From a virus (lineage: Duplodnaviria > Heunggongvirae > Uroviricota > Caudoviricetes), in IMG/VR virus record IMGVR_UViG_3300031555_002005: 64,000 nucleotides of DNA. The stretch is one strand, 5' to 3'. The notes under the pieces were generated by a model that was given only the letters and a program-made list of their open reading frames with translations, was not told where the DNA came from and did no database searches. A program made the translations under genes and the position numbers. Shown piece by piece: positions 51,568-62,090 of this stretch; the stretch's first letter is position 1; the number at the start of each line of letters is the position of its first letter.

Positions 51568-52841
51568 ACACTAATATATTTGTGCCAAAGCAAATCAATG
51601 TTGGTTTTCAAAATCGCAAAGATACATATTCTGGCAAGCTCGCATATGTAATTTACTTTGACGAAAAAGGAAAACTTCGCAAAGAAACTTCATGGAATAG
51701 TTGGAGAGATGAGAACATCCCCAATGAAATCTATGACAATGAGCCAACTGAAGGATTTGTTTTAAACAAAAAGGTTGGCGGTGTGGAAGAATGTTGGGGC
51801 TGGGATCCAAGAAAAACATACACAAGAGTCTATGATCCAAGAGGATTTGAATTTGAAATTACAATTCCTAATCTGCTATGGATTCTAGAAAACGCCAATT
51901 GTATTAAGGGCAAGGGTCTTGAAGGTGAGTTTGTTTATGGTTGGGATGGAAAGGAACTATTGCTAGTTCCTGTAGACTCTGCAGACTATAAAGAAATTGA
52001 AAGAAAGAATAAGATTTTCCACAATAACGAATTTATTAAAGCAAAAGACTTAAAAGTTGGCGCAACATATTTAAGTAAAAACGACGGTAAATACGTATAT
52101 ATGGGAAAGTTTGATAAATATGAACAAGGTTATTGGAAAAATGGTTTGTTCTTTACAACTCGCAAAAAGATGATTAAATATTGTGAAGAAAACAATATTC
52201 CGCCAACAAAAACATATAATGGTTATTGGACTACAAGCTGTTATGAAGCAGATAAGTGGGATTATGGCCCTGTTGGTAAACAGCATTGTTTCTATTACTC
52301 ATGGACAGACAGTAATGGTGCAGAGCGTTCTACATTTGAATGGAAAGCTTCAATTAGTAAATTTTTAATTAATGTAATTGATGAAAATTGTAATGCAAAT
52401 TATGCAACATATTTTGATTCATTGGAGCGCAAGCCAAGCTATTCTATGCCAGATAACGATAAAGTAACATACCACGAAGAGTTACTTGAAGACTTCTCTA
52501 AAAGAGCATATACTCCAAATTATTATTGGCCATATGCAACAGTTTATTTTTATTCAAATATAAATGGCAAAATTGAACGTTTTAAAATTGTTCCTAAAAA
52601 TAGTAATGTTAATGAATATGTGTTATATAAATGCAAAGTAGATAATAATTATGCAGAAAAAGAAGTTCTAGATATTTTTCCTGTAATAAGTGAAGAAAAA
52701 ACTGAATATCGTTGGCCATATAAAAAGTACACAGAACATCACATGATTCCAGCAACATGGCAGGAAATATATAATAAAATGAAACCAATGTACAAGCAAA
52801 CTTATTTAACTAATGGAAAAGAATATACAAAGGGGTATTAA
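51564..52841 (+). CDS. hypothetical protein (425 aa)
   Basis: GTG start overlapping upstream stop; long ORF. Confidence 0.75.
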   Translation: MNTNIFVPKQINVGFQNRKDTYSGKLAYVIYFDEKGKLRKETSWNSWRDENIPNEIYDNEPTEGFVLNKKVGGVEECWGWDPRKTYTRVYDPRGFEFEITIPNLLWILENANCIKGKGLEGEFVYGWDGKELLLVPVDSADYKEIERKNKIFHNNEFIKAKDLKVGATYLSKNDGKYVYMGKFDKYEQGYWKNGLFFTTRKKMIKYCEENNIPPTKTYNGYWTTSCYEADKWDYGPVGKQHCFYYSWTDSNGAERSTFEWKASISKFLINVIDENCNANYATYFDSLERKPSYSMPDNDKVTYHEELLEDFSKRAYTPNYYWPYATVYFYSNINGKIERFKIVPKNSNVNEYVLYKCKVDNNYAEKEVLDIFPVISEEKTEYRWPYKKYTEHHMIPATWQEIYNKMKPMYKQTYLTNGKEYTKGY

Positions 52842-52843
52842 TT

Positions 52844-53257
52844 ATGAGCAAGAATGATGATAGAATTTTAACTCTCAAGAAACAGATTGAAGACAAGAAG
52901 AAGGAGCTAGGTAAGCAGCCTAGATTCACTCCTGTAACCACATGTATGTTTACTTATAACGGCAATAGAGTGAATATTCACACTCTAACATCTGTTAAGG
53001 ATATTAATGCAATGTTAGTTTATTTTAATATCTACGCCATGTCTGCAGAGAACCTTGGCATTAACCTAGAAGATGTTGCTTTTGATGGTTTTTCTGTTGC
53101 TGATTGGATGGAAGACCTACATTCTAAGAAGACAGTTATTGAATATACCGCAAAGAAGTCTCAGCTAACTGTAATGGAAAAGAAGTTGGACAAGCTACTA
53201 TCTGACGATAAGAAGACAGAGCTAGAAATTGATGCAATTGCTGACCTGTTGGGGTGA
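52844..53257 (+). CDS. hypothetical protein (137 aa)
   Basis: RBS AAGGGG. Confidence 0.75.
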   Translation: MSKNDDRILTLKKQIEDKKKELGKQPRFTPVTTCMFTYNGNRVNIHTLTSVKDINAMLVYFNIYAMSAENLGINLEDVAFDGFSVADWMEDLHSKKTVIEYTAKKSQLTVMEKKLDKLLSDDKKTELEIDAIADLLG

Positions 53258-53262
53258 TAAAT

Positions 53263-53616
53263 ATGTTTGGTTTTAACAAAAATAATAGCTTTAGTCGAAT
53301 TGTTATTAATGGAAAATCCATTGACTGTGTTGGTAATAACATTACTGTACAAAACGGCAAAGTCATCGTTGATGGCAAGGTAATTCAGTCCAACATTGGA
53401 TATGATATCAAGGTTGTTGTATATGGTGACGTAAATAAGCTTGATTGCGCTGGCTCTGTTGAAGTGCATGGCAATTGTGGTTCCATTGATTGTAGCGGCA
53501 GCTGTAAAGTAGATGGTAATGTTAATGGTGACATTGACGCAAGTGGATCTGTGACTTGTGGTAATGTCTCAGGTGATATTGATTGCAGTGGAAGTGTAAG
53601 ATGTAGAAGGGGATAA
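53263..53616 (+). CDS. beta-helix repeat protein (bactofilin-like)
   Basis: repeats G(D/N)I(D)xSGSVxC; paralog-like to 20445..20702; track start GTG 53254. Confidence 0.6.
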   Translation: MFGFNKNNSFSRIVINGKSIDCVGNNITVQNGKVIVDGKVIQSNIGYDIKVVVYGDVNKLDCAGSVEVHGNCGSIDCSGSCKVDGNVNGDIDASGSVTCGNVSGDIDCSGSVRCRRG

Positions 53617-53617
53617 A

Positions 53618-55573
53618 GTGAATAAAATTGATAGAATTAAAGAACTCGTAGAGCTGCTAAATCATTATCGAAATGAATATTATAACAACTCTCGCAGTGA
53701 AATCTCAGATTTTGAATATGACCAGTTATTTGACGAACTTGTTAGTCTAGAATCAGAAACTGGTTTTATTATGGCAGTGTCACCAACACAAACAGTTGGT
53801 TATGAGGTTAAGTCAGAACTGAAAAAAGTGAAACATAATCATCCTATGTTGTCACTTGATAAAACCAAAAGCGTAGATGATGTACTTTCATTCCTTGATG
53901 GAAAAGATGGCGCAATTATGGCCAAGATGGATGGGCTGACATGTTCGCTACGATATTTGAATGGAGAGCTTGTTTCTGCTGAAACGAGAGGCAATGGTGA
54001 GGTCGGAGAGGATATTTTGCACTGTGCAAAAACTATTAAAAATATTCCTCTTAAAATTAATTGCACAGAAGAAATCATTATTGATGGCGAAGTGATTATT
54101 ACATATGATGACTTTGAAAAAATCAATTCCACATTACCAGACGATCAAAAATACAAACATCCACGAAACCTTGCGTCAGGATCTATTAGACAGCTTGATA
54201 GCAATATTGCCGCACAAAGAAACATGAAGTTCATTGCGTGGAAAGTTATTAAAGGTTGTAGTAATAATTCTTTTATACGTAGGTTGATGTTTGCAAGTGG
54301 ACTTGGGTTTAGCACTACTCCACTAATTCCACTGCCGACGATTTTTCAAAATAAAGAGCAGATTCAAATTGCGATTGAACAAATTAAGATTTGGTCTAAA
54401 GAAGAAGGATATCCTATTGACGGATGTGTGTTTGGATATGACGATGTAGCTTATGGTAAATCACTTGGTGCAACAGGACACCATCTGCGTAGCCAACTTG
54501 CTTTTAAGTTTTATGATGAGTTATATCCTACAAGATTACAATATATTGATTGGACAATTGGTAAGTCTTCTCAGCTAACACCAACAGCAGTATTTGATAC
54601 TGTAGAAATTGATGGAGCCGATGTGTCACGTGCATCACTACATAATATCAGTATTATTAAAAATCTTGGACTGACTAATGGTTGTACTGTAAATGTATTT
54701 AAGGCCAATCAAATTATCCCACAGATTGACTCTTGTGAAAATGATGGCAGTGGTGATATTGAAATCCCTATGACTTGCCCGATTTGTGGAGGAGCAACTG
54801 CTATTAAAAGAGATAATGAATCTGAGGTGCTAATCTGTACAAATTCTGAGTGTGCGGGCAAGAAGCTTGCGCAGTTTACTCACTTTGTTTCTAAGAAAGG
54901 TATGGATATTAAAAATTTATCTGAGGCAACACTTCAAGATTTGATCTCACATGGATTTATCCACAACTTCAAAGACATTTACCATCTTGCTGACCATAAA
55001 CAGCAACTTATTCGTCTAGATGGATTTGGCAAAAAATCAGTGGAAAATCTGCTAAAATCTATTGAAGATTCGAGGAATGTGAAGCTTGAGAATTTTATTG
55101 CTGCACTAGGCATTCCAAACATTGGACTATCAGCGTCTAAAACTATATCAAAACACTTCAGTGGCAGCTATAAAGAATTAATGAATACATATTTTTACTG
55201 GCGTTTTGATTGGACAGCTCTTGAAGACTTTGGAGATGTTATGGCAGAAAGTATCAATAAGTATTTGTGTAATCATTTTGAAGAAATTAATGAATTGGCC
55301 GATGAAATGAATTTTATACTTCCAGAGGAGCATAATGATAATTCTCTTGAAGGATTAAAGTTTTGCATAACTGGCAGTTTCAGTCAGCCTAGAGATGGCC
55401 TCAAGAAGCAGTTAGAGAGCCGTGGAGCCAAGTTTATCAGCTCCGTGAGCAAGAATCTGGACATTCTTTTCGCAGGAGAGAAGGCTGGCAGCAAGCTTAC
55501 AAAGGCACAACAGCTTGGTGTTAGAGTTGCAAATGAAGAAGAATTAATGAAGATGCTTGGAGAACATATATGA
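53618..55573 (+). CDS. ligA: NAD-dependent DNA ligase
   Basis: adenylation KMDGLT, Zn finger CPICGG..CTNSEC, HhH and C-terminal BRCT-like. Confidence 0.92.
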   Translation: MNKIDRIKELVELLNHYRNEYYNNSRSEISDFEYDQLFDELVSLESETGFIMAVSPTQTVGYEVKSELKKVKHNHPMLSLDKTKSVDDVLSFLDGKDGAIMAKMDGLTCSLRYLNGELVSAETRGNGEVGEDILHCAKTIKNIPLKINCTEEIIIDGEVIITYDDFEKINSTLPDDQKYKHPRNLASGSIRQLDSNIAAQRNMKFIAWKVIKGCSNNSFIRRLMFASGLGFSTTPLIPLPTIFQNKEQIQIAIEQIKIWSKEEGYPIDGCVFGYDDVAYGKSLGATGHHLRSQLAFKFYDELYPTRLQYIDWTIGKSSQLTPTAVFDTVEIDGADVSRASLHNISIIKNLGLTNGCTVNVFKANQIIPQIDSCENDGSGDIEIPMTCPICGGATAIKRDNESEVLICTNSECAGKKLAQFTHFVSKKGMDIKNLSEATLQDLISHGFIHNFKDIYHLADHKQQLIRLDGFGKKSVENLLKSIEDSRNVKLENFIAALGIPNIGLSASKTISKHFSGSYKELMNTYFYWRFDWTALEDFGDVMAESINKYLCNHFEEINELADEMNFILPEEHNDNSLEGLKFCITGSFSQPRDGLKKQLESRGAKFISSVSKNLDILFAGEKAGSKLTKAQQLGVRVANEEELMKMLGEHI

Positions 55574-55893
55574 TAAATATGGCGCCAATAGTATTAAACT
55601 TAATTAACGCATCAAGGCGTCCTACTGCAAGTAAAAGACAGCCTAATCCAAATTACAAGCATCCTGCATCAGTAGCTAATCGAGATATTCTTGATGGTAG
55701 AGGTTTAAAACCACTTGGGCACACAAATATTCCTATGTCACCAGTGAAACCGTCTGTCAAACATAATATACATATCAAAATGACTTATGATAATGTATGG
55801 CATATTTATGTTAATAATAAGCTAACATTTAGTACTACTTCAAACAAGAATTTACTAAAACATTTAGCAACAATTATTAATAATAAAAATTAA
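55570..55893 (+). CDS. hypothetical basic protein (107 aa)
   Basis: ATGA overlap with ligA. Confidence 0.65.
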   Translation: MINMAPIVLNLINASRRPTASKRQPNPNYKHPASVANRDILDGRGLKPLGHTNIPMSPVKPSVKHNIHIKMTYDNVWHIYVNNKLTFSTTSNKNLLKHLATIINNKN

Positions 55894-55900
55894 TTGAAAA

Positions 55901-55931
55901 GGGCACATGGGCTATCTATGTGCCCTTAATT
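55901..55931 (+). terminator. terminator-like hairpin
   Basis: gggcacat-N9-atgtgccc then TTAATTT. Confidence 0.65.
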
Positions 55932-55936
55932 TGCAC

Positions 55937-55964
55937 TTGACAAACTAGAAATTTCTGCTATAAT
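55937..55964 (+). promoter_or_regulatory. sigma70-type promoter
   Basis: TTGACA-N16-TATAAT. Confidence 0.8.
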
Positions 55965-55965
55965 A

Positions 55966-55982
55966 ACAGTACAAAATTAATG
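55966..55982 (+). promoter_or_regulatory. ACAATACAAAATTAAT box copy (variant)
   Basis: acagtacaaaattaatg 2 nt after -10. Confidence 0.55.
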
Positions 55983-55997
55983 AAAGGAATAACCAAT

Positions 55998-56483
55998 ATG
56001 GCAAGTAACAATATTGTCAACAATTACTGTAGCACTCTTATTCAGATTGCAACTGACGTGGTAAAAAAGTACGAAAGCAACGTAGAAATTATCAAGAAGA
56101 CTGAAGATGAGCTGAATGACGTTTATCACGAAATTGAGCTTGGTAAACCTCAGGATCTTTATGGCGGATATAAACTGTATAAACAAGTGAAGGATTTGCG
56201 TATGCAGAGAAGACAGGCCAAGGATGAGAATGATTTGCTCAAAGACATGTATGACTATATTAAGAGTCAGCCAGGACAGTCTTTCAAGAGTAAGATTCAG
56301 TCTATTCAGGGAAGCTCTGCAAAGGTTTATGAAGCACAGAATCGTAGAACTTATAATCCTCGACAAAGAAGTGATTTGACTATTACGAATAAGACTTGTG
56401 AGGTAAATAGACCGTTTGAGGATTTGATGAAGGAATTTAAGCAGACGAAGGTAACAATGCAGGGTGGCAAGTTAAGGAAGTGA
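55998..56483 (+). CDS. hypothetical protein (161 aa)
   Basis: Start moved from box ATG 55980 to ATG 55998. Confidence 0.7.
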   Translation: MASNNIVNNYCSTLIQIATDVVKKYESNVEIIKKTEDELNDVYHEIELGKPQDLYGGYKLYKQVKDLRMQRRQAKDENDLLKDMYDYIKSQPGQSFKSKIQSIQGSSAKVYEAQNRRTYNPRQRSDLTITNKTCEVNRPFEDLMKEFKQTKVTMQGGKLRK

Positions 56484-56487
56484 ATTA

Positions 56488-57627
56488 ATGGTTTTAACTA
56501 ATGGACAAGAAAAAGGATTAAAGATAGCGGTTGAAAGATATAAAAAAGGAAAGCCGTACACAACTATTGTCGGGTACGCTGGAACTGGTAAAACGACACT
56601 TGTTAGATTTATTGTGGATGAACTCAAGCTACATGACTCTAAAGTTGTATACATTGCATACACAGGAAAGGCTGCATTAGTTCTACGTAACAAAGGATGT
56701 ACTAATGCTATGACCGCCCATAGGCTATTATATAAATCAGAAGAGCTTCCAGACGGAACATTTATTCATACGCCAAAAAAGAAGCTGGACAGAAATTATG
56801 ATCTAATTGTTTGTGATGAGGCGTCAATGCTGCCACAGGAGATGATAGACCTATTGTTGTCACACAGTGTTCATGTATTATTTCTTGGTGATAATGCACA
56901 GCTCCCTCCAATTGAAGGCAAGCAGACTATTCTCAATAATCCAAATGTATTTTTAACAGAGGTTACGAGGCAAGCACTTGATAATCCTATTATTCAATTA
57001 TCTATGGATGTGCGAGAAGGAAAACGGCTTGAATATGGCGGTGACAAGCGATGCAGAGTAATGCAGAATGACAAAGTTACAGATGCGTTGTTGCTTGGTG
57101 CAGATCAAATTATTGTTGGTAAAAATATTACCAGACATAAGATTAATGAGTATATGCGTCAATTAAAATGGGGAGAAAAATATTCTAAAGATCCCCTAGA
57201 AGGAGAAAAGTGTATTTGTCTTAAAAATAACTGGAACGAAACCGCATCAAATGGAGATCCATTAATTAATGGGCAAATTGGGCAGTTAACAAACATTCAC
57301 ATAATTGAAATGCCCCCTTATGAGAAAGTTATTGTTGCAGATTTTATATCTGATGATGGTGGAGTTTATGAAGATTTATTAATTGACTATAAGTTAATGG
57401 TTGAGGGAAAATCCACTGTAAATAAAGATAATTGGAAACAATATGCCGGTGCGCCAAAATTGCTTGAATTTGCATATGCATATGCGATCACTTGTCATAA
57501 GAGCCAAGGTTCTGAGTTTAATCGTGTGATTTTATTTGAAGAGTGGCTAGGAGATTATGAACAGCATCAGAAGTGGTTATATACCGGAATCACGAGAGCT
57601 TCAAAACAATTAGTAATTGTTAAATAA
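56488..57627 (+). CDS. RecD/Dda-like SF1 DNA helicase
   Basis: GYAGTGKTT, CDEASML, TCHKSQGSEF, YTGITRA. Confidence 0.88.
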   Translation: MVLTNGQEKGLKIAVERYKKGKPYTTIVGYAGTGKTTLVRFIVDELKLHDSKVVYIAYTGKAALVLRNKGCTNAMTAHRLLYKSEELPDGTFIHTPKKKLDRNYDLIVCDEASMLPQEMIDLLLSHSVHVLFLGDNAQLPPIEGKQTILNNPNVFLTEVTRQALDNPIIQLSMDVREGKRLEYGGDKRCRVMQNDKVTDALLLGADQIIVGKNITRHKINEYMRQLKWGEKYSKDPLEGEKCICLKNNWNETASNGDPLINGQIGQLTNIHIIEMPPYEKVIVADFISDDGGVYEDLLIDYKLMVEGKSTVNKDNWKQYAGAPKLLEFAYAYAITCHKSQGSEFNRVILFEEWLGDYEQHQKWLYTGITRASKQLVIVK

Positions 57628-57644
57628 ACAATACAAAATTAATA
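57628..57644 (+). promoter_or_regulatory. ACAATACAAAATTAAT box copy
   Basis: acaatacaaaattaata directly after helicase stop. Confidence 0.6.
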
Positions 57645-57660
57645 TAAGTGAGGTGAGAGT

Positions 57661-58314
57661 ATGGGAAAAATAATTGATATGACCGGATGGGTTATGAGTG
57701 AACATGGTGTTCCTGATAGCAAATGGAAAGTTATAGAGCGGTCTAAATCTTTAGACGGGAAAAATAGTTTTTGGTTATGCGAATGCTCCTGTGATAATCA
57801 TACAAGAAAAATTATAGCACGGCATAGTCTTGTAAGCGGAAATAGTAAGTCTTGTGGGTGTTTGTCAGCAGAAGAAACAAGTAAGAGAATAAGTACTCAT
57901 AAAATGTCTGGATCTCGCCTTCATAATATATGGAAAAGCATGAAAGAAAGATGCTATAACATTAATCACAACCAATATAAAGACTATGGCGGAAGAGGAA
58001 TTGCTATATGCGAAGAATGGAAAGATGATTTTATTTCTTTTTATAACTGGGCAACAAGTAATGGTTATAGTGACAATTTGACAATAGATAGGATTGATAA
58101 TAATAAAAATTACTGTCCTGAAAATTGTAAATGGAGCACAAGAAAAGAACAAAATAATAATCAGCGAACTAATCATTTGCTTACATATAACAATAAAACA
58201 CAAACAATGGCGCAGTGGGCGGAAGAGATTGGATTGAATCCACGTACATTGCAAACACGTATTTCAAGAGGATGGAATGTACAAGATGCATTGTTCGGAA
58301 AAGCACAAAATTAA
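57661..58314 (+). CDS. HNH-type homing endonuclease with C-terminal DNA-binding repeats
   Basis: DRIDNNKNYCPENCKWSTRKEQ; C-terminus ends AQN-stop inside a partial box copy. Confidence 0.75.
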   Translation: MGKIIDMTGWVMSEHGVPDSKWKVIERSKSLDGKNSFWLCECSCDNHTRKIIARHSLVSGNSKSCGCLSAEETSKRISTHKMSGSRLHNIWKSMKERCYNINHNQYKDYGGRGIAICEEWKDDFISFYNWATSNGYSDNLTIDRIDNNKNYCPENCKWSTRKEQNNNQRTNHLLTYNNKTQTMAQWAEEIGLNPRTLQTRISRGWNVQDALFGKAQN

Positions 58315-58333
58315 TGAGAGGGAGTGATATAAA

Positions 58334-61300
58334 TTGAGTTTTGTGAATCTTCATGTTCACTCAGCACAAGGTTCATTACTAGATTCAATTTTAACTATTG
58401 ACCAAATGGTCAAGTATGCTGTAGATAATAAACAACCAGCTATTGCACTGTCTGACCATGGAACAATGCATGGTTTTGTGGACCAAGTAGAGCTGTGTAA
58501 TAAACATGGCATTAAGCCCATTGTTGCTTGTGAAATTTATGAGGTAGATAACTACCTTGAAAAGCAAGATACTAAAGAATATAAACAGCCAAGATATCAC
58601 TTGCTTCTTATTGTCAAAACACAGCAAGGTCTAAAAAATCTATTTAAAATTGTAAGTGAAGCATCGACGACTGGTTTTTATGGCAAGCCAAGAATTTCAA
58701 TTCCTTGGATAAAAGATAATAATCTTGGTGATGGCATTATTTGCCTTACCGCATGTCAAGCAGGTCGTGTTAGTAGATATCTTGAAGCAGAAAGATATAA
58801 AGAAGCAGAAGAATATGTTAAGCTTCTTAAAGATACTTTCGATTATGTATCTCTTGAAATTCAATCTCACCCCACAGAACAGCAGTTGGCATGCAATACT
58901 TTAATTTTTAATTTTGCAAGATATATGAAAATGCCTTATGTCATTACTACTGATGCACATATGTTAAGCGCCGATCAGCTTGATTCTCATTCCATTTTTG
59001 TTGAAATCGGTGAAGGTCGTGAAGCCGGTGAGATTTATTCAGGATGTCATTTGCAAAATGAAAAAGATGTCTACAAATATTTAGGCAACTGGAATCTAGA
59101 CAGAGTAATTCAGGCGGGAATTGACGAAACAATTAAAATCACAAATATGATTGATGATGGTATTGATTATGGTCTAGGACATGGTAGTATTACTCCTGTA
59201 GTTGATGTTCCTGCAGAATATTCATCTCATGCAGACTATTTGCACTATCTTGTTTTCCAAACGTTTAATGAAAAGTTTGGATGGATGAGTAAAGAAGAGC
59301 AAGAAATTAGACGAGAGAGACTTGAAAGAGAGCTTCCTGTTATTAACGCTCTAGATTACACAGACTATTTTATTATGCTTTATATGATTGCAAAAGAAGC
59401 AGATAAACGTGGACTTCCTAGAGGGTATTCTAGAGGTTCTGGCGCAAACTGCTTGTGTCTATTTATGCTAAATGTCACTCAGGTTGACAGTGTAAGATGG
59501 ACGCTTGATTTTTCTCGTTTTGCTAATATGGGTCGTATTGGTAGTCTAGCAGACTTCGACTGGGATATTTCTAAGCGTAGACGTAAAGAAATTATTGAAA
59601 TTACAGAAGAGTTATTTGGCAAAGAAAACGTGGCACCAATTGCTACATTTAATACATTGTCTACAAAGGTTGCAATCAAAGATATTGGTAAGGTTCTTAA
59701 TGAAAAAGAAAGTAGCCCATATTTTGGTCAGATTCCATATTCAGTACGTGATGAAGTTGCAAAAATGATTCCTACTGTAAAAACATTAAGCGACCTTGGT
59801 GAAGCCGAAGAAAAAGATGTCTTGCTACGAGAACTCGTTGGTAAAAATGAAAAGCTTGACACAATTCACAAACAATTCCCTATGTGGTTTAAGTATGTTA
59901 TGGATCTTGAAGGACTTCCTAAGAGTAGGGGTAGACATGCAAGTGCAACATTGATTACGCCACATCCAGTTATTGAGCATATGCCATTATGTCTTGATAA
60001 CGACAAAAATGTTATGGCTCAGCTTGAAATGCATGCCGCTATGGACAAGCTGGGTTATTGTAAAATGGACTATCTTGGTCTTGAAAATCTTGACATTATT
60101 GATGATGCTTTAAAAAATGCAGGCTTGACATGGGATAATGTTAACATCAACCATCTAAACATTGATGACAAAAAAGTCTTTGATGAAGTATACAATTCTG
60201 GCAATACAATTGGAATTTTCCAGTTTGAATCTGCCGAAGCTAGAGCGATGAGTATTGCTGCGCATGTTGACAATATTGAAGATGTTATTGCAGTGAATGC
60301 AAGTAATCGTCCTGGCACTAAAAATAGTTTTCCTGACTACTGCAAGAATAAGCTACATCCAGAAAGTATAGAAAGCATCCATAAAGACCTTGATACTTTA
60401 TTTAAAACTACTCATAGTATTCTTTTGTACCAAGAAGATGCACTTCATTTATTTGCATATGCAGGTTTTCCCGAGGAAAAACAAGATGTTGCAAGAAGAG
60501 CAATTGGTAAGAAGAAAAAAGATGTCATGGCTTCTTTGTACGAAGAATTTAAAAATGGATTAGTTGCAAAGCAATGGTCAGAAAAGCAGATTCAAGATGT
60601 ATGGGCATTGCTTGCTAAGCAGGCAGAATATTCTTTTAACCGTGGGCATGCAGTTGCATACAGTTTGTTATCTTATTTGACAGCTTGGTTAAAAGTTTAT
60701 TATCCTGTTCAGTTTATGACTGCACTATTGACTGCAAAATCAGACCGTACTGAAAAGCTGAGCGCAATTATTAATGATTGTAATCGAATGGGTATCCAAG
60801 TGCTTCCTCCGAAGATCAATGAATCAAAGCAGTCATTTACGGGCAATGCCGCTAAGCGTGAGATTCTATTTGGATTTGGCGCAGTTAAAGGCATTGGAGA
60901 TTCAGTTATCTCTAAGATTATTGAAAATCAGCCATATAAAAGCTTTGATGATTATGTTGATAAAGTTCAAGATAAAACTGCAACTATTGCTCTCATTAAA
61001 GCAAATGCGTTTCCAACCAAAGATAGAATGAAACTTATGCAGAAATATGCAAAGAGTTTGTATCCTGAAAAAGAATATAAACCAGTTTCTTCTTTGCCCA
61101 CTAAAGCCAGGCTTCTACTTGATTGGGATATTGACACTTCCGATTATATGATTGGCAAAAAGGTCGATAAAGAAAGAGTGCTTAATATTTATAATCAAAA
61201 GCGCAAAGAAATATTTGATGCAGATCAAAAGCAAAAGTTTAAAGCTTTTATGGCAGAGTTTAAATGTAAATATGCGGAAGATGAATTCTTGTGGGAATTC

Positions 61301-61675
61301 CAGAGTCTATCTATGTTTATCACATTTAATCCTTTGAAAGAAGCCTATGATCTTATTGGCACCGAGTGGGATGATGTTCCAAGTGGCAACAAAGCAGTTG
61401 TGCCATGTGTTATTGTAGATATCAAACGTAAAAAGGATAGAAATAATAATCAGTTTGCATATTTAGATTTGTGTATTAATGACCGCATTCTAGAAGCAAC
61501 TATTTGGAGTAAACAGCTTAAAGAATATGCTGAGCTTATCACAAAGGGTAGTTGTATTTGCATTCTTGGTAAAAAAGAAGAAGAACATTTATTTGTTGAG
61601 AAGATTAAGCCGTATCAGGTTTGGCTTAACAAGATCAAAAAGCTTAAAGCAAAAGCTAATATTTATAACTATTAA
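58334..61675 (+). CDS. dnaE: DNA polymerase III alpha subunit (DnaE-type, PHP domain)
   Basis: 1113 aa; FVNLHVHSAQGSLLDS PHP start; RGSGANCL; FNRGHAVAYS; C-terminal OB-like. Confidence 0.92.
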   Translation: MSFVNLHVHSAQGSLLDSILTIDQMVKYAVDNKQPAIALSDHGTMHGFVDQVELCNKHGIKPIVACEIYEVDNYLEKQDTKEYKQPRYHLLLIVKTQQGLKNLFKIVSEASTTGFYGKPRISIPWIKDNNLGDGIICLTACQAGRVSRYLEAERYKEAEEYVKLLKDTFDYVSLEIQSHPTEQQLACNTLIFNFARYMKMPYVITTDAHMLSADQLDSHSIFVEIGEGREAGEIYSGCHLQNEKDVYKYLGNWNLDRVIQAGIDETIKITNMIDDGIDYGLGHGSITPVVDVPAEYSSHADYLHYLVFQTFNEKFGWMSKEEQEIRRERLERELPVINALDYTDYFIMLYMIAKEADKRGLPRGYSRGSGANCLCLFMLNVTQVDSVRWTLDFSRFANMGRIGSLADFDWDISKRRRKEIIEITEELFGKENVAPIATFNTLSTKVAIKDIGKVLNEKESSPYFGQIPYSVRDEVAKMIPTVKTLSDLGEAEEKDVLLRELVGKNEKLDTIHKQFPMWFKYVMDLEGLPKSRGRHASATLITPHPVIEHMPLCLDNDKNVMAQLEMHAAMDKLGYCKMDYLGLENLDIIDDALKNAGLTWDNVNINHLNIDDKKVFDEVYNSGNTIGIFQFESAEARAMSIAAHVDNIEDVIAVNASNRPGTKNSFPDYCKNKLHPESIESIHKDLDTLFKTTHSILLYQEDALHLFAYAGFPEEKQDVARRAIGKKKKDVMASLYEEFKNGLVAKQWSEKQIQDVWALLAKQAEYSFNRGHAVAYSLLSYLTAWLKVYYPVQFMTALLTAKSDRTEKLSAIINDCNRMGIQVLPPKINESKQSFTGNAAKREILFGFGAVKGIGDSVISKIIENQPYKSFDDYVDKVQDKTATIALIKANAFPTKDRMKLMQKYAKSLYPEKEYKPVSSLPTKARLLLDWDIDTSDYMIGKKVDKERVLNIYNQKRKEIFDADQKQKFKAFMAEFKCKYAEDEFLWEFQSLSMFITFNPLKEAYDLIGTEWDDVPSGNKAVVPCVIVDIKRKKDRNNNQFAYLDLCINDRILEATIWSKQLKEYAELITKGSCICILGKKEEEHLFVEKIKPYQVWLNKIKKLKAKANIYNY

Positions 61676-61685
61676 TTGTTAAGTC

Positions 61686-61707
61686 AAGAGGGAATTACCA
61701 CCCTCTT
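61686..61707 (+). terminator. hairpin after dnaE, overlapping next -35
   Basis: aagaggg-N8-ccctctt. Confidence 0.5.
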
Positions 61708-61734
61708 GACAATACAAAATTAATGTGATATAAT
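61706..61734 (+). promoter_or_regulatory. sigma70-type promoter with box as -35/spacer
   Basis: TTGACAatacaaaattaatgtgaTATAAT. Confidence 0.85.
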
Positions 61735-61766
61735 ATATCCGACTACAATGAAAGGAAGGTATTACA

Positions 61767-62090
61767 ATGGAAGATGAAATGAAGACCATTGAAGATCAGG
61801 AAAATGATAAGCCCGTTCTAGACGACGATGCTCTAAAGGGAGCAATTGAGGAACAGCTTTCTAAGATTCGAAGACAGTCTATGATTTTAGGCTTTAGAGT
61901 AAGCTGTCAGACTGTTCTAGACAAGATCACCGCATTTGAAAGATCCCCTGGCAGCAAGTCTAACAATGATCATAAGAGACTTATTAAGGATATTAAAAAG
62001 TTTGTAGAAACTGGACTTGCTCGTAAGATGAATGAGAATGGTGAAATCGAAGTTCCAGAAGAAACTGAATCTGAAACAGTACAAAATTAA
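61767..62090 (+). CDS. hypothetical acidic protein (107 aa)
   Basis: RBS AAAGGAAGG; ends TVQN-stop inside box copy. Confidence 0.75.
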   Translation: MEDEMKTIEDQENDKPVLDDDALKGAIEEQLSKIRRQSMILGFRVSCQTVLDKITAFERSPGSKSNNDHKRLIKDIKKFVETGLARKMNENGEIEVPEETESETVQN